A stretch of 63,175 bases of DNA, the filler included, from Nemertoderma westbladi (lineage: Eukaryota; Animalia; Xenacoelomorpha), in NCBI GenBank assembly GCA_032718475.1. It is 4 parts of 4 records of this genome, joined end to end, with 100 filler letters (N's around TTAATTAATTAA, not from the genome) between each part and the next. Parts side by side here need not be neighbours in the genome. Positions count along the whole stretch, not along the records: positions 1 to 17,824 come from JAUCBJ010006480.1; 3 more parts are not named here. One strand, given 5' to 3'. A program made the translations under genes and the position numbers. Shown here piece by piece: positions 1 to 12,364 of the stretch. Position 1 is the first letter of the stretch. Every line of letters starts with the position of its first letter. Below the pieces are notes generated by a model. It saw nothing but the letters and a program-made list of their open reading frames with translations, was not told the origin of the DNA and searched no databases.

Positions 1-533
1 CAGGGTTACACGCCTTCTGCTCAATATCAACCTACTAGTAAATAAAACTGGCAGAAATAAGTAAACTATACAAAAGAATGAGGGGTGATCAATCCCTATT
101 CCCCTGGCAGCCTACAATATACAATAGATCACAATCGAATAATACTGCTGTACCTGTACTGTTGTAGGTACCGGTCCAGATGATCAGGCAGTCAGGCCTA
201 CTGGTTACCGGTCGACCGGTACTTTCGACTAGATTGCTTACACCGCAATCCAGAAGCAATATCTGTTATTGTTTTTACCAAAAACAATATTAAACTGTAT
301 TTATTGCCTACACCACAATCAGAACCGAATATCTGTTATTGTTTGCGCTTTTAAGACCTTTGACAGTTTAACCTGCCAAAATTAGAATGTCTTTTGGATG
401 ATAGATAGTCTTTAGCCTATGACGAGTATTTGATACACTACATTAGCCGAAGCCAGTCTATGCGCAATCATTCACCCGTTGGATATACCCGGGAGACTGA
501 GTTCGGAGCTTAATGATTGATGGTGTAAGCCTA

Positions 534-700
534 CCGTATTATTCGACTGATCGTAATATATAATCTCTGACAAATATTATTCACTTTCGGGAAATATTAA
601 CAGTTCCTTTAGGACGTGGCGCTCTAAATATGTAAACAGATTTATGACTTAAACTAGACACAACGAAAAGGCTATAGATTTACGTATATGGCGCATTCTT
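534..700 (+). mobile_element. Terminal part of a putative DNA-transposon/MITE family; diverged inverted homolog at 12035-12198
   Basis: ta|ccgtattattcgactgatc...gggaaatattaacagttc...atggcgcattct aligns by eye with the reverse complement of 12035-12198; a further end-like copy (aatcgaataatactg) lies at 133-147. Confidence 0.55.
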
Positions 701-3275
701 TAGGAGATGCTTTGTTATCAGTTACAATCATACACAATGCTGCACAATACTGCACACTAATTTGCCGACCTTCACTAAATTTGGTCACGCATAAAGAGAG
801 CAACAGACAATTTATGTTGGGCATATGAAATAGCATTAGTTTCACTTCAAACCACTCAACATAGGTCACAATCGTTTATCTGTAACCGGTCTCTCTAACC
901 TTTAGTATATCAAGAAGGTGGGGTGTCTGACTATTGATCAGTATTCCGATATAATATTTCATCAGCAAATATAACGAATAACCGACATTAAAAGCAGTAA
1001 TATTAATGTATAAATGATTATTAAGTGAATGAGTTAACTTGTGTAACTCGTGATAACAGATATACGTTCTATAATTAAGCCTACTAATGTAAGACTAAAG
1101 ACTGAAAACACGGAGGTGCCAAAAGCCGGTTCTTAGGCTCTGGGCAAAAACATAACACTGAACTACTGAGTTCTGTATACACCTCCAACACAGAGACAAA
1201 AAACGCTCTGATTGGTCAACCGAACCACGAGAGAACAAAGAAACAAAGAAATGTCGACGTGGCAATATCAGCTGTTAGCCGTCGTCATGGTAGCGACACT
1301 GTTTTCAAGAGTATCTAGCTTATCGCGTCACGAGATTGCGGATTATGTCCTCTAAAGTACGAATACAGTACAAATACAGAAGAAATGACTTTTATGACCT
1401 CTAAAACACCAGTACAGCAAGGACACGGCCTTTTTATGCCTGGCAAACCAACTACAGAGTACTTTAAGGGAAAATAACCGGTTAATGACGCAAAAGCTTT
1501 TACAAGTGTGATGTTCGATTATCAAACCTGTGGGTTTGGTATAGTCGAGCATTGAGACTATGGTCCTTTCTAACTACTGTAGTTTAGAGGAAAGCGACCT
1601 CCAAGACCCATTACGCCGACCGTTACGACTTTAGATCCGTATACGGAGATTAAACCTATTCGACACCCGCTTTGATAGAGACGGCGGCGGCCATTTCGCT
1701 ATACCGAGCCTATAAAGACCTAGAGGCGCGGCGCGAAGTGGCACGGGACTCGAGTTCCTGGACCATGTTCACTTCGCTTCACCAGGAGAGGAAGCTCACG
1801 CCTGAGTATCCAGACGAGATTCGCGCCGTCCATCCGTCTACTAACTATACCCACGATCCGCGGTTTATACGATATTTACTCCAAATTAATTCGGGAAATT
1901 TCGACGCACGCACTATTAAGCCCGAATATGTCCAATCCTTTATATATCATCGTCGCTCTGATATATACGTCTAGATTTATTACCCAGCGCACAATTGGCG
2001 GCCTAAGGAGACTCGTTTGGGGTCATTGACCTCTGAACGAGTGGAGGATCAGGACCGCCGCGCCCACAGCGACAACAGCCGGAGCTCACAACTCGCGGCA
2101 AGTACCAGAAGGAGGAGTCCTTGGTAAGCGTCAAGCCAAGGACGAGCAGTCCCATTCTACGGTTGAAGAAAGAGGAGTTGGCGGAGGCGCCCACAGGGAC
2201 ACGGCAAATGGGACGAGGCCGAGGGAGGAGCACCAGTCGGGAGATAGTCGGTGCCCAGGGAACGTCGTCGCCGGTTCCGGGAAGTGACGCCTCAAGGACG
2301 CCGTCAACAGAGTCTACAGGGGGTAGACTGGTGTATCTGGGGAGGGGACAAAGGAGAGGAGCGAGCCCGAGAGACCCAGGAGCTAGCTGATGAGACTATA
2401 ATATCACGGAGCGACAGACTCTAGACATATACATCATCGTCGCTCTGATGTATATCGTAGGTTTTGATCAATCATTCGACTGGACTCATATACACTAGTC
2501 GTATCCATATTTTAGAGTTTTATTTACGAAGGCCGAAAAATATTGAAAGGAAATACTTTAACTTTGTAGTCCGTTGGAAATAGTAAATACTTTATACTAT
2601 ATTTGATTTTGTGTATATGACTTTATTTGCTCTAAAGTTTATTGAAAGAGGCAAAGGAAGTGATTGGGGAGACAAACCCGCGGGTTTGGCTTACTCCTTT
2701 CACTTACCTGAGTAATCATCAAACCAAGATGATTTGCGTTTTTTATAAGAAATTAAGTAAAGTCCGAAAATGAAAGAAATTATTACGTATTTTATATTTA
2801 ATTTGATTATCGGCCTTAAAACGCAATAATTTAGTTAAAAATTTAGCCTCAAATACGTTTATATTTAGTTTATCTTGTTAATGTTGATCGTTAATTTGAG
2901 ATGGGAAATGGGGGACATTGTCCTAGCCATGTTCCATTTCAATAGGTAGACCGTCAATTTGTAAATAAATAAAGGAAGTAATATTTTTGTAAATTTAATT
3001 TTGTATGTAGTAATCATTATGTAGAACGAACGAGAAAACAGTATTTTTGTAAATTTAATTTGTATGTAATAATCGTTAACATTGAGAGATAATATTTTGT
3101 AATTTTAATTTGTATGCAATTCCAGTATGCAATATCTATGGCAATATTTGTAAATAGTAGAATTTATAGTATCAAGTATTTTAGATTATTTGAAAGAAAT
3201 TTATTTTGTTTGTATACATCACCTTATACTCTTCTACAGTTGGAGGGAAACATTGTATGATTTCCCTTGGAGCGG

Positions 3276-5569
3276 TGTTACGGTATATGGCGCTGTACAC
3301 ATTATTAGCCATTATACAGTATAATATATTGGTTCATTATACAGTATAATATATTAGTCCGTTATACTGTACGCAATATTAGTCCGTTATGCAGTATAAT
3401 ATTTTAGATAAGGTATAATAGCGCAGTGACATTTAGATAAGGAAATTGAAACGCCCATATATTTTGAACTCATCCATTTTGTATAGTATGTAGCCCTACC
3501 TATGTAATTTTGTAATACGATATAAGTAGATAGTTCCAGGGTAGCAAGTTCAGTTGGACCCTGGATTTCGGGCTTGCTGTTATTAACCTTGATGGGCTAG
3601 CTATCACGGGTTTGATTTCTTTATAATCGCGCTAAATTAACTTTTGTGCATCATGTTATTAGTACCGCTAAATGAAGTATCGGCAAAATTACCTTATATG
3701 GTGACGTTTTGAGGGTTTGAGAAGCAATAGGGCTACAATCCGGCTTTCTTATTGGACTAACTGTTTCCAGGTTGGTCTAATGCTAGCGCGGACTGGAGAG
3801 CCAATGAGAGAGCGATTGCATCACCCTTCTCGGATCACCTATAAATTGGCGGTTTGCCGGTAGAGCTGTATCAATTCAATTCAATCAATTCCAACGACCT
3901 TATTGCTCTTACCACTCACTCAGACATATTTAGTACCATTAAGTTAGAGTATAATTTGTGCGTATTTTCTGCATTTCTACCTTTTCGATTAGTTTCTTGG
4001 AATGATTCGTTAGTGCTACTATTCTCAATTGTGTTTCTCAATCAATCCTATCGATTACTGCTAATTACAACCGGAACTATGATTTCTACCCTTTTTGTTA
4101 ATGGTTCTATGTAATTCATTTCGACGCAATAATCCTACGGGATTTTCTGAGACTGGCAGACTTGTGATTTGCATGCGCCGCTACGGTAGCTATTCATCTT
4201 GATGGAGGGCTAAGGTACCGGTAGGCGGTGGGCACATCGGGGGGTTGGGCGACCAAGGGAGAGCGGAGGATTCAAAGGCGGGCAACGCTGGCGGGGGCCA
4301 TCGTTGCGGTCGGGCAACTTGCGTTATAGAGGGCGACCTGCGTTGCGGTTGAGCAATTTGCGTTGTGGCGGGCAGACCATTTGCTGGTACGGCAATTAGG
4401 GGGCTGATGATCCAGATTTTGTCTCTATTTTGTAGTATTAGGGGGGCAGGAATTGGGTTAGTTAGGAAGCCTTAGACGTACTGGGAGAGGCCTACGTGCT
4501 TTACGATAGCGAATTGCATGGCAAATTATATGATTGCGGATTGTATAATTGCAAGTTGTGCTATTGTGATCTGTGATTGCTGACGCTGATTGGTGTGTTA
4601 CTGAAGTGTGCCTATGATTACGAATGCTTAGGTAGGCGCCCCTTTGCTCTTTGATTGATTTCTATTTCTTAGTTTACGATAATTGATTACTAATTAGGTC
4701 AAAGTAATACAGTATTTTAGACTGTTACTAGTGAAACCTGTTGTGTAATAAATTAGAATTACGCATTCTGGAACTCTTAGTAATTAGTACGCTGTTACAT
4801 ATTTGTGACTGTAATTAATTAGTGAAATTAAGAATTAGTACGCAGCATAGCGGAGAGTAGCTAAGGTAATAATTTAGAGTACCGTAAACTATTCACGCTG
4901 AGCGGTTATTTGCATTAGCGGGCAATAAGCTAGATCGCAGTATTCAATACGCAACTCGCATTAGTAAATTGCTGGCCTAAAGCCAGCCGCAGGCAAATTT
5001 AGACTCGGAGTGGTACTGCCCACGAAAGACATTGTACCGTACCATTATTTGATTATTTTAAATATTCTCGCATTCACACATTCCGTTAGGGAACCCCCAG
5101 TATTCGCGATTAGAAAAGACGTAGGCAATAGCGTGCTTCAATAGTAGTAAAATTAGACGTAAGAATATACTCTGAGTGCAAAGCCTCTCGCACTCGTCTT
5201 AAGTAAGCTTAGGGAGCCGACTCGGATTTATTGTTTTGGTTATTCCCGCGTGGCTCATAGATTCGAACAGTTAGCTCTCTGTCGAGCGATCGGCAGAGAA
5301 AGGAACAAGCGATTTTGCAGGAGCCGTGTAAATTTAGTAAATTATATTAGCGGACGGCAGATTAGCGCCATCCAACGGTAAGTAGCGGTTTTGTATTTAG
5401 CAGCCCTACAATTTAGTAATAGCACGCTCCTGATTGCCTTTATTTAACAGTAGAGCAGTCTTGGTGTCTTATTGGTTAGGCGGGAACTTATTAGGTTGGC
5501 AGAGAAGTATACCAGTATTTGTCTGTTCAACAGTTCTGCTGTTAGTATAGGTGACGCGGTTGTTTAACA
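3276..5569 (+). mobile_element. Putative long 3' LTR of an LTR retrotransposon
   Basis: Begins TGTTA and ends TAACA; preceded by a weak purine tract (ggagcgg) and a gggaaa/tttccc hairpin; TATA-like ctataaat near 3840; right end abuts an RTE fragment sharply. No partner LTR in the window. Confidence 0.45.
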
Positions 5570-5944
5570 TGAGCTTTAAACACTCAGGTATTTTAAAGAC
5601 CTCAGGGGGAACACCATCTACTCCACTGGCACGATTGGTCTTAATGCTCTTTGCAGCAGCCTTCACTTCTGCAAAGGAGATATCGCCAATGGGAATATAA
5701 ATAATAATAATAATATTGGTTATTTATATAGCGCTTTTCTACGCTCAGCATACTCAAAGCGCTTTTATTATCATTACCCCAGCAAAGCTAGGTTCCCATT
5801 ATACCGCTGGGTTGGCGTAGGCACTAATGTCTAAAGTGTCTTGCCTAGGGACACAACAATGCGAAATTTCTACAGCCTTTAGTCGGATTCGAACCTGCGC
5901 CACCAAACACTGGGAATATAATCTGGGAGTACAGACTCAGACAC
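5570..5944 (-). mobile_element. RTE LINE family 1 fragment (pre-RT region), interrupted by a SINE
   Basis: 5570-5697 and 5922-5944 are near-identical to 17333-17483 of the long RTE copy (VKAAAKSIKTNRASGVDGVPPEVFK). Confidence 0.92.
5701..5910 (-). mobile_element. 5'-truncated tRNA-derived SINE with CORE-like middle and L2-type 3' tail
   Basis: Minus strand: B box ggttcgaatcc, tgtgtccctaggcaagacacttt (CORE-like), aaagcgctttgag...aaaagcgctatataaat stem-loop and (ATT)n tail; flanked by duplicated tgggaatataa (5690-5700, 5911-5921). Confidence 0.8.
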
Positions 5945-5949
5945 TGCTA

Positions 5950-6130
5950 TGGGTTCACCCATAGCAACCGACACCGTGGTAGGATTGTCCTTAGCAACCG
6001 ATTACCGGGATGGTTCACCCCTAGCAACCGACACCATGGAGGGTTTGTCCCTAGAAACCGATGATGCGGAGGGTTTATCCCTAGCAACTGATGTTGCCGA
6101 GGATCCTCCCCTAGCAACCGGCAACGATAG
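5950..6130 (+). repeat. Degenerate 30-bp tandem repeat, about 6 units (10-aa repeat SLATDxxxG in ORF 5949-6239)
   Basis: tagcaaccga-like core recurs every 30 bp with variable intervening bases. Confidence 0.75.
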
Positions 6131-6407
6131 AACAATCCCAGTTGCGAACAACAACCGAGATACAACTGAAATTCTGGCTATCACAAAATTCAAGGAAAAT
6201 TCTGTTGAGGACACAGCTACAATAATAAGAGATTCCTAATCTAAAATAAAAGTAATACTATATATATACTAAAATATTCGACATCGGCCTAAAGTTCTTA
6301 AGGATTCTTTTTATTAGAATCAACTTATTATTGTGTATATAATATATATAAATAAACTGTATTCCGTTTTATATGTACGTTTTATTGTCTGGCCTTTTAT
6401 TTATTGA

Positions 6408-6454
6408 GTGGTGTGCGCCTAGAACAATGCGTATAGGCGCGATATTATATGATA

Positions 6455-6492
<38 letters not shown>
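6408..6492 (+). mobile_element. L2/SINE-type 3' tail remnant with (ATT)n microsatellite
   Basis: Stem-loop gcgccta-gaacaatgcgta-taggcgc followed by about 12 ATT units. Confidence 0.5.
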
Positions 6493-6493
<1 letters not shown>

Positions 6494-6505
6494 GGATCTC
6501 TGGGT

Positions 6506-6813
6506 CAAGTCGCACCTTCTTTAAGACTGGGGTGAGTACCAAGTCGCACCTTCTTTAAGACTGGGGTGAGTACCAAGTCGCACCTTCTTTAAGACTGGGG
6601 TGAGTACCAAGTCGCACCTTCTTTAAGACTGGGGTGAGTACCAAGTCGCACCTTCTTTAAGACTGGGGTGAGTACCAAGTCGCACCTTCTTTAAGACTGG
6701 GGTGAGTACCAAGTCGCACCTTCTTTAAGACTGGGGTGAGTACCAAGTCGCACCTTCTTTAAGACTGGGATGAGTACCACCTCTTTAAGACTGGGGTGAG
6801 TACCACCTCTTTT
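6506..6813. repeat. 34-bp minisatellite, 8 near-perfect copies plus shortened terminal units
   Basis: caagtcgcaccttctttaagactggggtgagtac repeated head to tail with no spacers. Confidence 0.96.
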
Positions 6814-8597
6814 AACAATGTAGGCACAGTTGGGTTTGCAAGTGATAGATTTATTATTAGTATTATTATTGGCAGCAATAATTCAATGGAAAGGTTTACT
6901 ATTGGAGTTGTTAGTGGACCGCATGGGCTAGCTATGCGATCATGATATTAAAAATTGCGTCTTTTTTGTCGTTGTTTTTGTGTTCTTTTTATGTCGGAGT
7001 AATTATGACCGGAGTGTTTATTGAAAATATTAGTTTCATGATTTGAATTAAAATTGAAAAAAATGATTGTTGAATAGTCACATAATAATCGATATATTCA
7101 TCTAATGGGTCCATGTAAACTTCTTGCATTTTTAAGTAAAATGAATTAATAACGTTGTGCAGTACTTCGATTGTGGTGAAGTGAGTCCAACTTTTAAATC
7201 TTATAAGTCAGTACATACAAAGCAGCAAGCACCTTGTTGGCTTTACAGCTTTACTGATGAATTAAGTAGTAGGCCTACTTTCAGAATCACTAGAGGGAGC
7301 CAAACGGCTCCTCAGCTCTTTAGAACGATTCCCGTACTTAGTTACAATTTAAGACTCATGCAAATTTAGTTACATTGGAAACGAATTTAGTTACAGTTTT
7401 GAGATATTTTGGAGAATTTAATTCCAATAATTGAACAAATAATAAATATTAATATAATTGGTAAATAATAATAGATGATGCGGAGTTGTGGAGCTCGCTT
7501 CTATCCCGATACAAGGCCCACGAGGCGGGCCGTAGCTGGGTTGGACCATCGACTAGCCAACAGTGTGGTACCATGGGGGAGATTCGGGCGCTTCGAGCCT
7601 GTCGGCATATTGCACTCGATACGAAGCCTGGCCCACCTCTTAACTAACTGCCTCACTTCTGAGACCAAGTCGGATTTAATCCAAGAGTGCGGAGCGGATT
7701 AGCTGTGTGCTGGAGTTAAGGCCGGAATCGGGGGTGCCGCGATACCTGGAGCAAATAAAGGCTGCTATATTTACTTAATAACTTGTTTTAACAAGACCTA
7801 TTCGTCCGAGACCCGTATAAGACTCCATAGATTACCACGTCATAGATCCCGGAAAGGTTTTTACTTGGAAAGTTCTACATTCAGTAGTGATAGGCTGCGC
7901 AAAAATCCTAACACAACCGCCGAAGGGCAAGAGTCAAAAAGCGTTAGTGCAAGTTGAACTCTATTACAAGTGTAAGTGAGGGGACCTCCCTTCCTTACAA
8001 GTAAGATCCAAGAGAGAGTAAGCGATTTTTTTACATTCACCGTTAATCTTTCCTTTAACAGAACATAATCAAACCACTGTAAAATACTGACACTGACAAT
8101 TACTGCACAACCAGATTTATAGGTCAGCAACACCAATATATATCATCGCATTATATTATTCCATCATCTAAATATATCAGGTGGTGATAGTGAATTATAT
8201 TATTTGGTTAACCTACACCGATGTTGAAACGATGAGATAAAATGATTACATATTTTAATTTCTTCGCAATAGAAGAATACAAGAAACTATACAAATCGCG
8301 ATTTGCATGCTTCTTTGCCTAAATTATATTTTCATGATATTATTATTATTATAATTATTAGATATTTTCATTAGAATACCTATACTGTAGACTTGGTTAA
8401 TGTAGACATGTCATACTGCTTTAATAATTTTAATTTTAACATTATTTATACAATTATTGACAATTATTTTACATTATTTATTTAACATTATAATTAGTTA
8501 TATTACAATGGAACGCGGAGACATTGGGAGACATTCTAGAACAGGTAAAACCAATTGAAATAAAATCAAATAAATAGTTTAATTATATTCCAACAAT

Positions 8598-10887
8598 CTT
8601 GTTTAGGCGTGCTCTTTACACAGTGCATCTGCCCTTGTATAGGCGTGCTCTTTACACAGTGCATCTGCCCTTGTTTAGTCGTGCTCTTTACACACTGCAT
8701 CTGCCCTTGTTTAGGCGTGCTCTTTACACAGTGCATCTGCCCTTGTTTAGGCGTGCTCGTTACACAGTGCATCTGCCCTTGTTTAGTCGTGCTCTTTACA
8801 CAGTGCATCTGCCCTTGTTTAGTCGTGCTCTTTACACAGTGCATCTGCCCTTGTTTAGGCGTGCTCGTTACACAGTGCATCTGCCCTTGTTTAGTCGTGC
8901 TCTTTACACAGTGCATCTGCCCTTGTTTAGTCGTGCTCTTTACACAGTGCATCTACCCTTGTTTAGGCGTGCTCTTTACACAGTGCATCTGCCCTTGTTT
9001 AGGCGTGCTCTTTACACAGTGCATCTGCCCTTGTTTAGGCGTGCTCTTTACACAGTGCATCTACCCTTGTTTAGGCGTGCTCTTTACACAGTGCATCTGC
9101 CCTTGTTTAGTCGTGCTTTTTACACAGTGCATCTGCCCTTGTTTAGTCGTGCTCTTTACACAGTGCATCTGCCCTTGTTTAGGTGTGCTCTTTACACAGT
9201 GCATCTACCCTTGTTTAGGCGTGCTCTTTACACAGTGCATCTGCCCTTGTTTAGGCGTGCTCTTCACACAGTGCATCTGCCCTTGTTTAGGCGTACTCTT
9301 TACACAGTGCATCTGCCCTTGTTTAGGCGTGCTCTTTACACAGTGCATCTGCCCTTGTTTAGTCGTGCTCTTTACACAGTGCATCTGCCCTTGTTTAGTC
9401 GTGCTCTTTACACAGTGCATCTACCCTTGTTTAGGCGTGCTCTTTACACAGTGCATCTGCCCTTGTTTAGGCGTGCTCTTTACACAGTGCATCTGCCCTT
9501 GTTTAGGCGTGCTCTTTACACAGTGCATCTACTCTTGTTTAGGCGTGCTCTTTACACAGTGCATCTGCCCTTGTTTAGTCGTGCTTTTTACACAGTGCAT
9601 CTGCCCTTGTTTAGTCGTGCTCTTTACACAGTGCATCTGCCCTTGTTTAGGTGTGCTCTTTACACAGTGCATCTACCCTTGTTTAGGCGTGCTCTTTACA
9701 CAGTGCATCTGCCCTTGTTTAGTCGTGCTCTTTACACAGTGCATCTGCCCTTGTTTAGTCGTGCTCTTTACACAGTGCATCTGCCCTTGTTTAGGCGTGC
9801 TCTTTACACAGTGCATCTGCCCTTGTTTAGGCGTGCTCTTTACACAGTGCATCTGCCCTTGTTTAGTCGTGCTCTTTACACAGTGCATCTGCCCTTGTTT
9901 AGGCGTGTTCTTTACACAGTGCATCTGCCCTTGTTTAGGCGTGCTCTTTACACAGTGCATCTGCCCTTGTTTAGTCGTGCTCTTTACACAGTGCATCTGC
10001 CCCTGTTTAGGCGTGCTCTTTACACAGTGCATCTGCCCTTGTTTAGTCGTGCTCTTTACACAGTGCATCTGCCCTTGTTTAGGCGTGCTCTTTACACAGT
10101 GCATCTGCCCTTGTTTAGGCGTGCTCTTTACACAGTGCATCTGCCCTTGTTTAGTCGTGCTCTTTACACAGTGCATCTGCCCTTGTTTAGGCGTGTTCTT
10201 TACACAGTGCATCTGCCCTTGTTTAGGCGTGCTCTTTACACAGTGCATCTGCCCTTGTTTAGTCGTGCTCTTTACACAGTGCATCTGCCCTTGTTTAGGC
10301 GTGCTCTTTACACAGTGCATCTGCCCTTGTTTAGTCGTGCTCTTTACACAGTGCATCTACCCTTGTTTAGGCATGTTCTTTACACAGTGCATCTGCCCTT
10401 GTTTAGTCGTGCTCTTTACACAGTGCATCTGCCCTTGTTTAGGCGTGCTCTTTACACAGTGCATCTGCCCTTGTTTAGGCGTGCTCTTTACACAGTGCAT
10501 CTGCCCCTGTTTAGGCGTGCTCTTTACACAGTGCATCTGCCCTTGTTTAGGCGTGCTCTTTACACAGTGCATCTGCCCTTGTTTAGGCGTGCTCTTTACA
10601 TGGTGCATCTGCCCTTGTTTAGGCGTGCTTTTTACACAGTGCATCTGCCCTTGTTTAGGGATGCTCTTTACACAGTGCATCTGCCCTTGTTTAGGGATGC
10701 TCTTTACACAGTGCATCTGCCCTTGATTTGGCGTGCTCTTTACACAGTGCATCTGCCCTTGTTTAGGCGTACTCTTTACACAGTGCATCTGCCCTTGTTT
10801 AGGTGTGCTCTTTACACAGTGCATCTACCCTTGTTTAGGTGTGCTCTTTACGCAGTGCATCTGCCCTTGTTTGGACGTGCTCTTTAC
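8598..10887. repeat. 36-bp satellite, about 63.6 copies
   Basis: cttgtttaggcgtgctctttacacagtgcatctgcc tandem, with aggcg/agtcg and ctgcc/ctacc variants. Confidence 0.99.
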
Positions 10888-11974
10888 CCTCATTCTTCCT
10901 GGGGTAGTGCTCACCCGAGTTCTTCTAGCCATAGAGGAACATCAAGCGGATTGGATAAGAAATCAGCGGACAACCAGGGATAGTTACTCTGGATACCCGC
11001 TCGAGGAATTAAAGTCTATTGTGGAAACTCAATGGAACTTTCCCGGACCCGGACTACCGTTTAACTTCTCAGAAGTTGCCTGGGAAGACCTACATCAGAT
11101 GGGTGTAGTTCGAGATACCCGAGATCTCGCTCTATGGAAGAGGTCGGCAGCCGGATATGTCCAGGGATTCTTCAAATCCTTAGGAAGAATGGAAACGCAG
11201 TTATTCCGAGGGCAGCTGGGACCTCCCGAGCAGGGAGAACTGCTATATCAAGTAAGAGAACGGATACTAAGGACTAGATTAATCTTGTCAGCATTTGAAG
11301 AAGCCTTGAAGAGAAGTCAAGATACATCACTACAGGTGTCAGTAAAGACCTGGTTCTATCGAGTGAATGTTAAAGTCCAGGGAACAACCAAGTGGAAGGC
11401 TCAGTTGGCAGAACAACTAGTCTACGGAGAATCCACAGACACAGTCTTTTCTCATGGTGAAAGCGAGGCGGTATCTGAAAAATCTCTGAAGAAAGATGCT
11501 ATTGACATCTATTTATCTGATTACCAACGATTCATAGGTGACAAAGAGCTAAGGAGACGTCTAGCGGGACTTCACCCCAAAAGTGAGGCAGCCAACTTAA
11601 TCTTAGACACATTGGATGCCGAGATGCAAGCGGCTGAGCAGGCTAAAATAGACGAAGACGTTCTCATCGCTTTAGAAAGGGAGGAACAAGTAAAGAAAGG
11701 ATTAATAGAAGAAAGGAAAGGAGCTGCCGCCGCTGAAGCCGAACTTAAAGCTGCAGCGGCAGAAGTCGAAGGGAAAGCTGCAGCGGCAGCGGTAGAAGTC
11801 GAACTGAAAGTGGCAGCGGCAGCAGCAGCGGCAGAAGTTGAACTTAAAGCTGCCACAGCATAAGTTGAAAGAAAAGAAGCTGAAGCCAAAGCACAATTAG
11901 AGTTAGAGACCATTCAAGCGAGTCAAGATTTCTTAAGTAAACAAGCAGCGACTCAAATGCAATATCTAAGTTGA
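10888..11974 (+). pseudogene. Orphan coding-like frame with Ala/Glu-rich coiled-coil C-terminus; probable premature stop at 11861-11863; possibly TE gag/ORF1 or virus-derived
   Basis: About 325 open non-satellite codons in AT-rich DNA; gca TAA gtt gaa breaks the local gca gaa gtt gaa repeat, and the frame continues for 36 more codons. Confidence 0.5.
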
Positions 11975-12364
11975 TCTACTACATGGATTTAATACCTCCT
12001 CGGACGAAGGTACTACCTAAAGTACATTCCTATAGAATAGAATGTGCCATTTGCGTTATCTCACTGCCACTCGTAATCAGTGTCAGATATAACTCTGCGT
12101 GATACTTAAAGCACCACGCCCCAACAGAACTGTTAATATTTCCCTGAAAGTAAATATAGTTGTCGGAGATTATATAGTAGTGATCAATCGAATAATACAA
12201 AATAGCCTACTCCTCTCTCTACAATAGAATCCAGTCTCCCACACTCGTGGGTCATACGTCGCGCTTGACTGACTTCAGCTGATGTCTATTAGTACGGGCG
12301 ATTATCAACTCATAAGACACTTAAATTAGCGGGTTAAACTGCTAAAGGTCTAAAAGCGCGAACA

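Noticed and set aside
2385-2460. Hammerhead ribozyme (CTGATGAG core)
   Set aside because: No stem II followed by GAAA; the CTGA also overlaps an ORF stop codon
7470-8140. Possible exons in GC-richer patches
   Set aside because: Short frames, no recognisable motif and no consistent splice chain
8598-10887. CRISPR array (36-bp repeat length)
   Set aside because: Head-to-tail repeats with no spacers, no cas genes and a eukaryotic context; the same applies to 6506-6813
8566-10983. Long ORFs of 794, 705 and other lengths across the 36-bp array
   Set aside because: By-products of a 36-bp unit that lacks stops in three frames; pure tandem repeat
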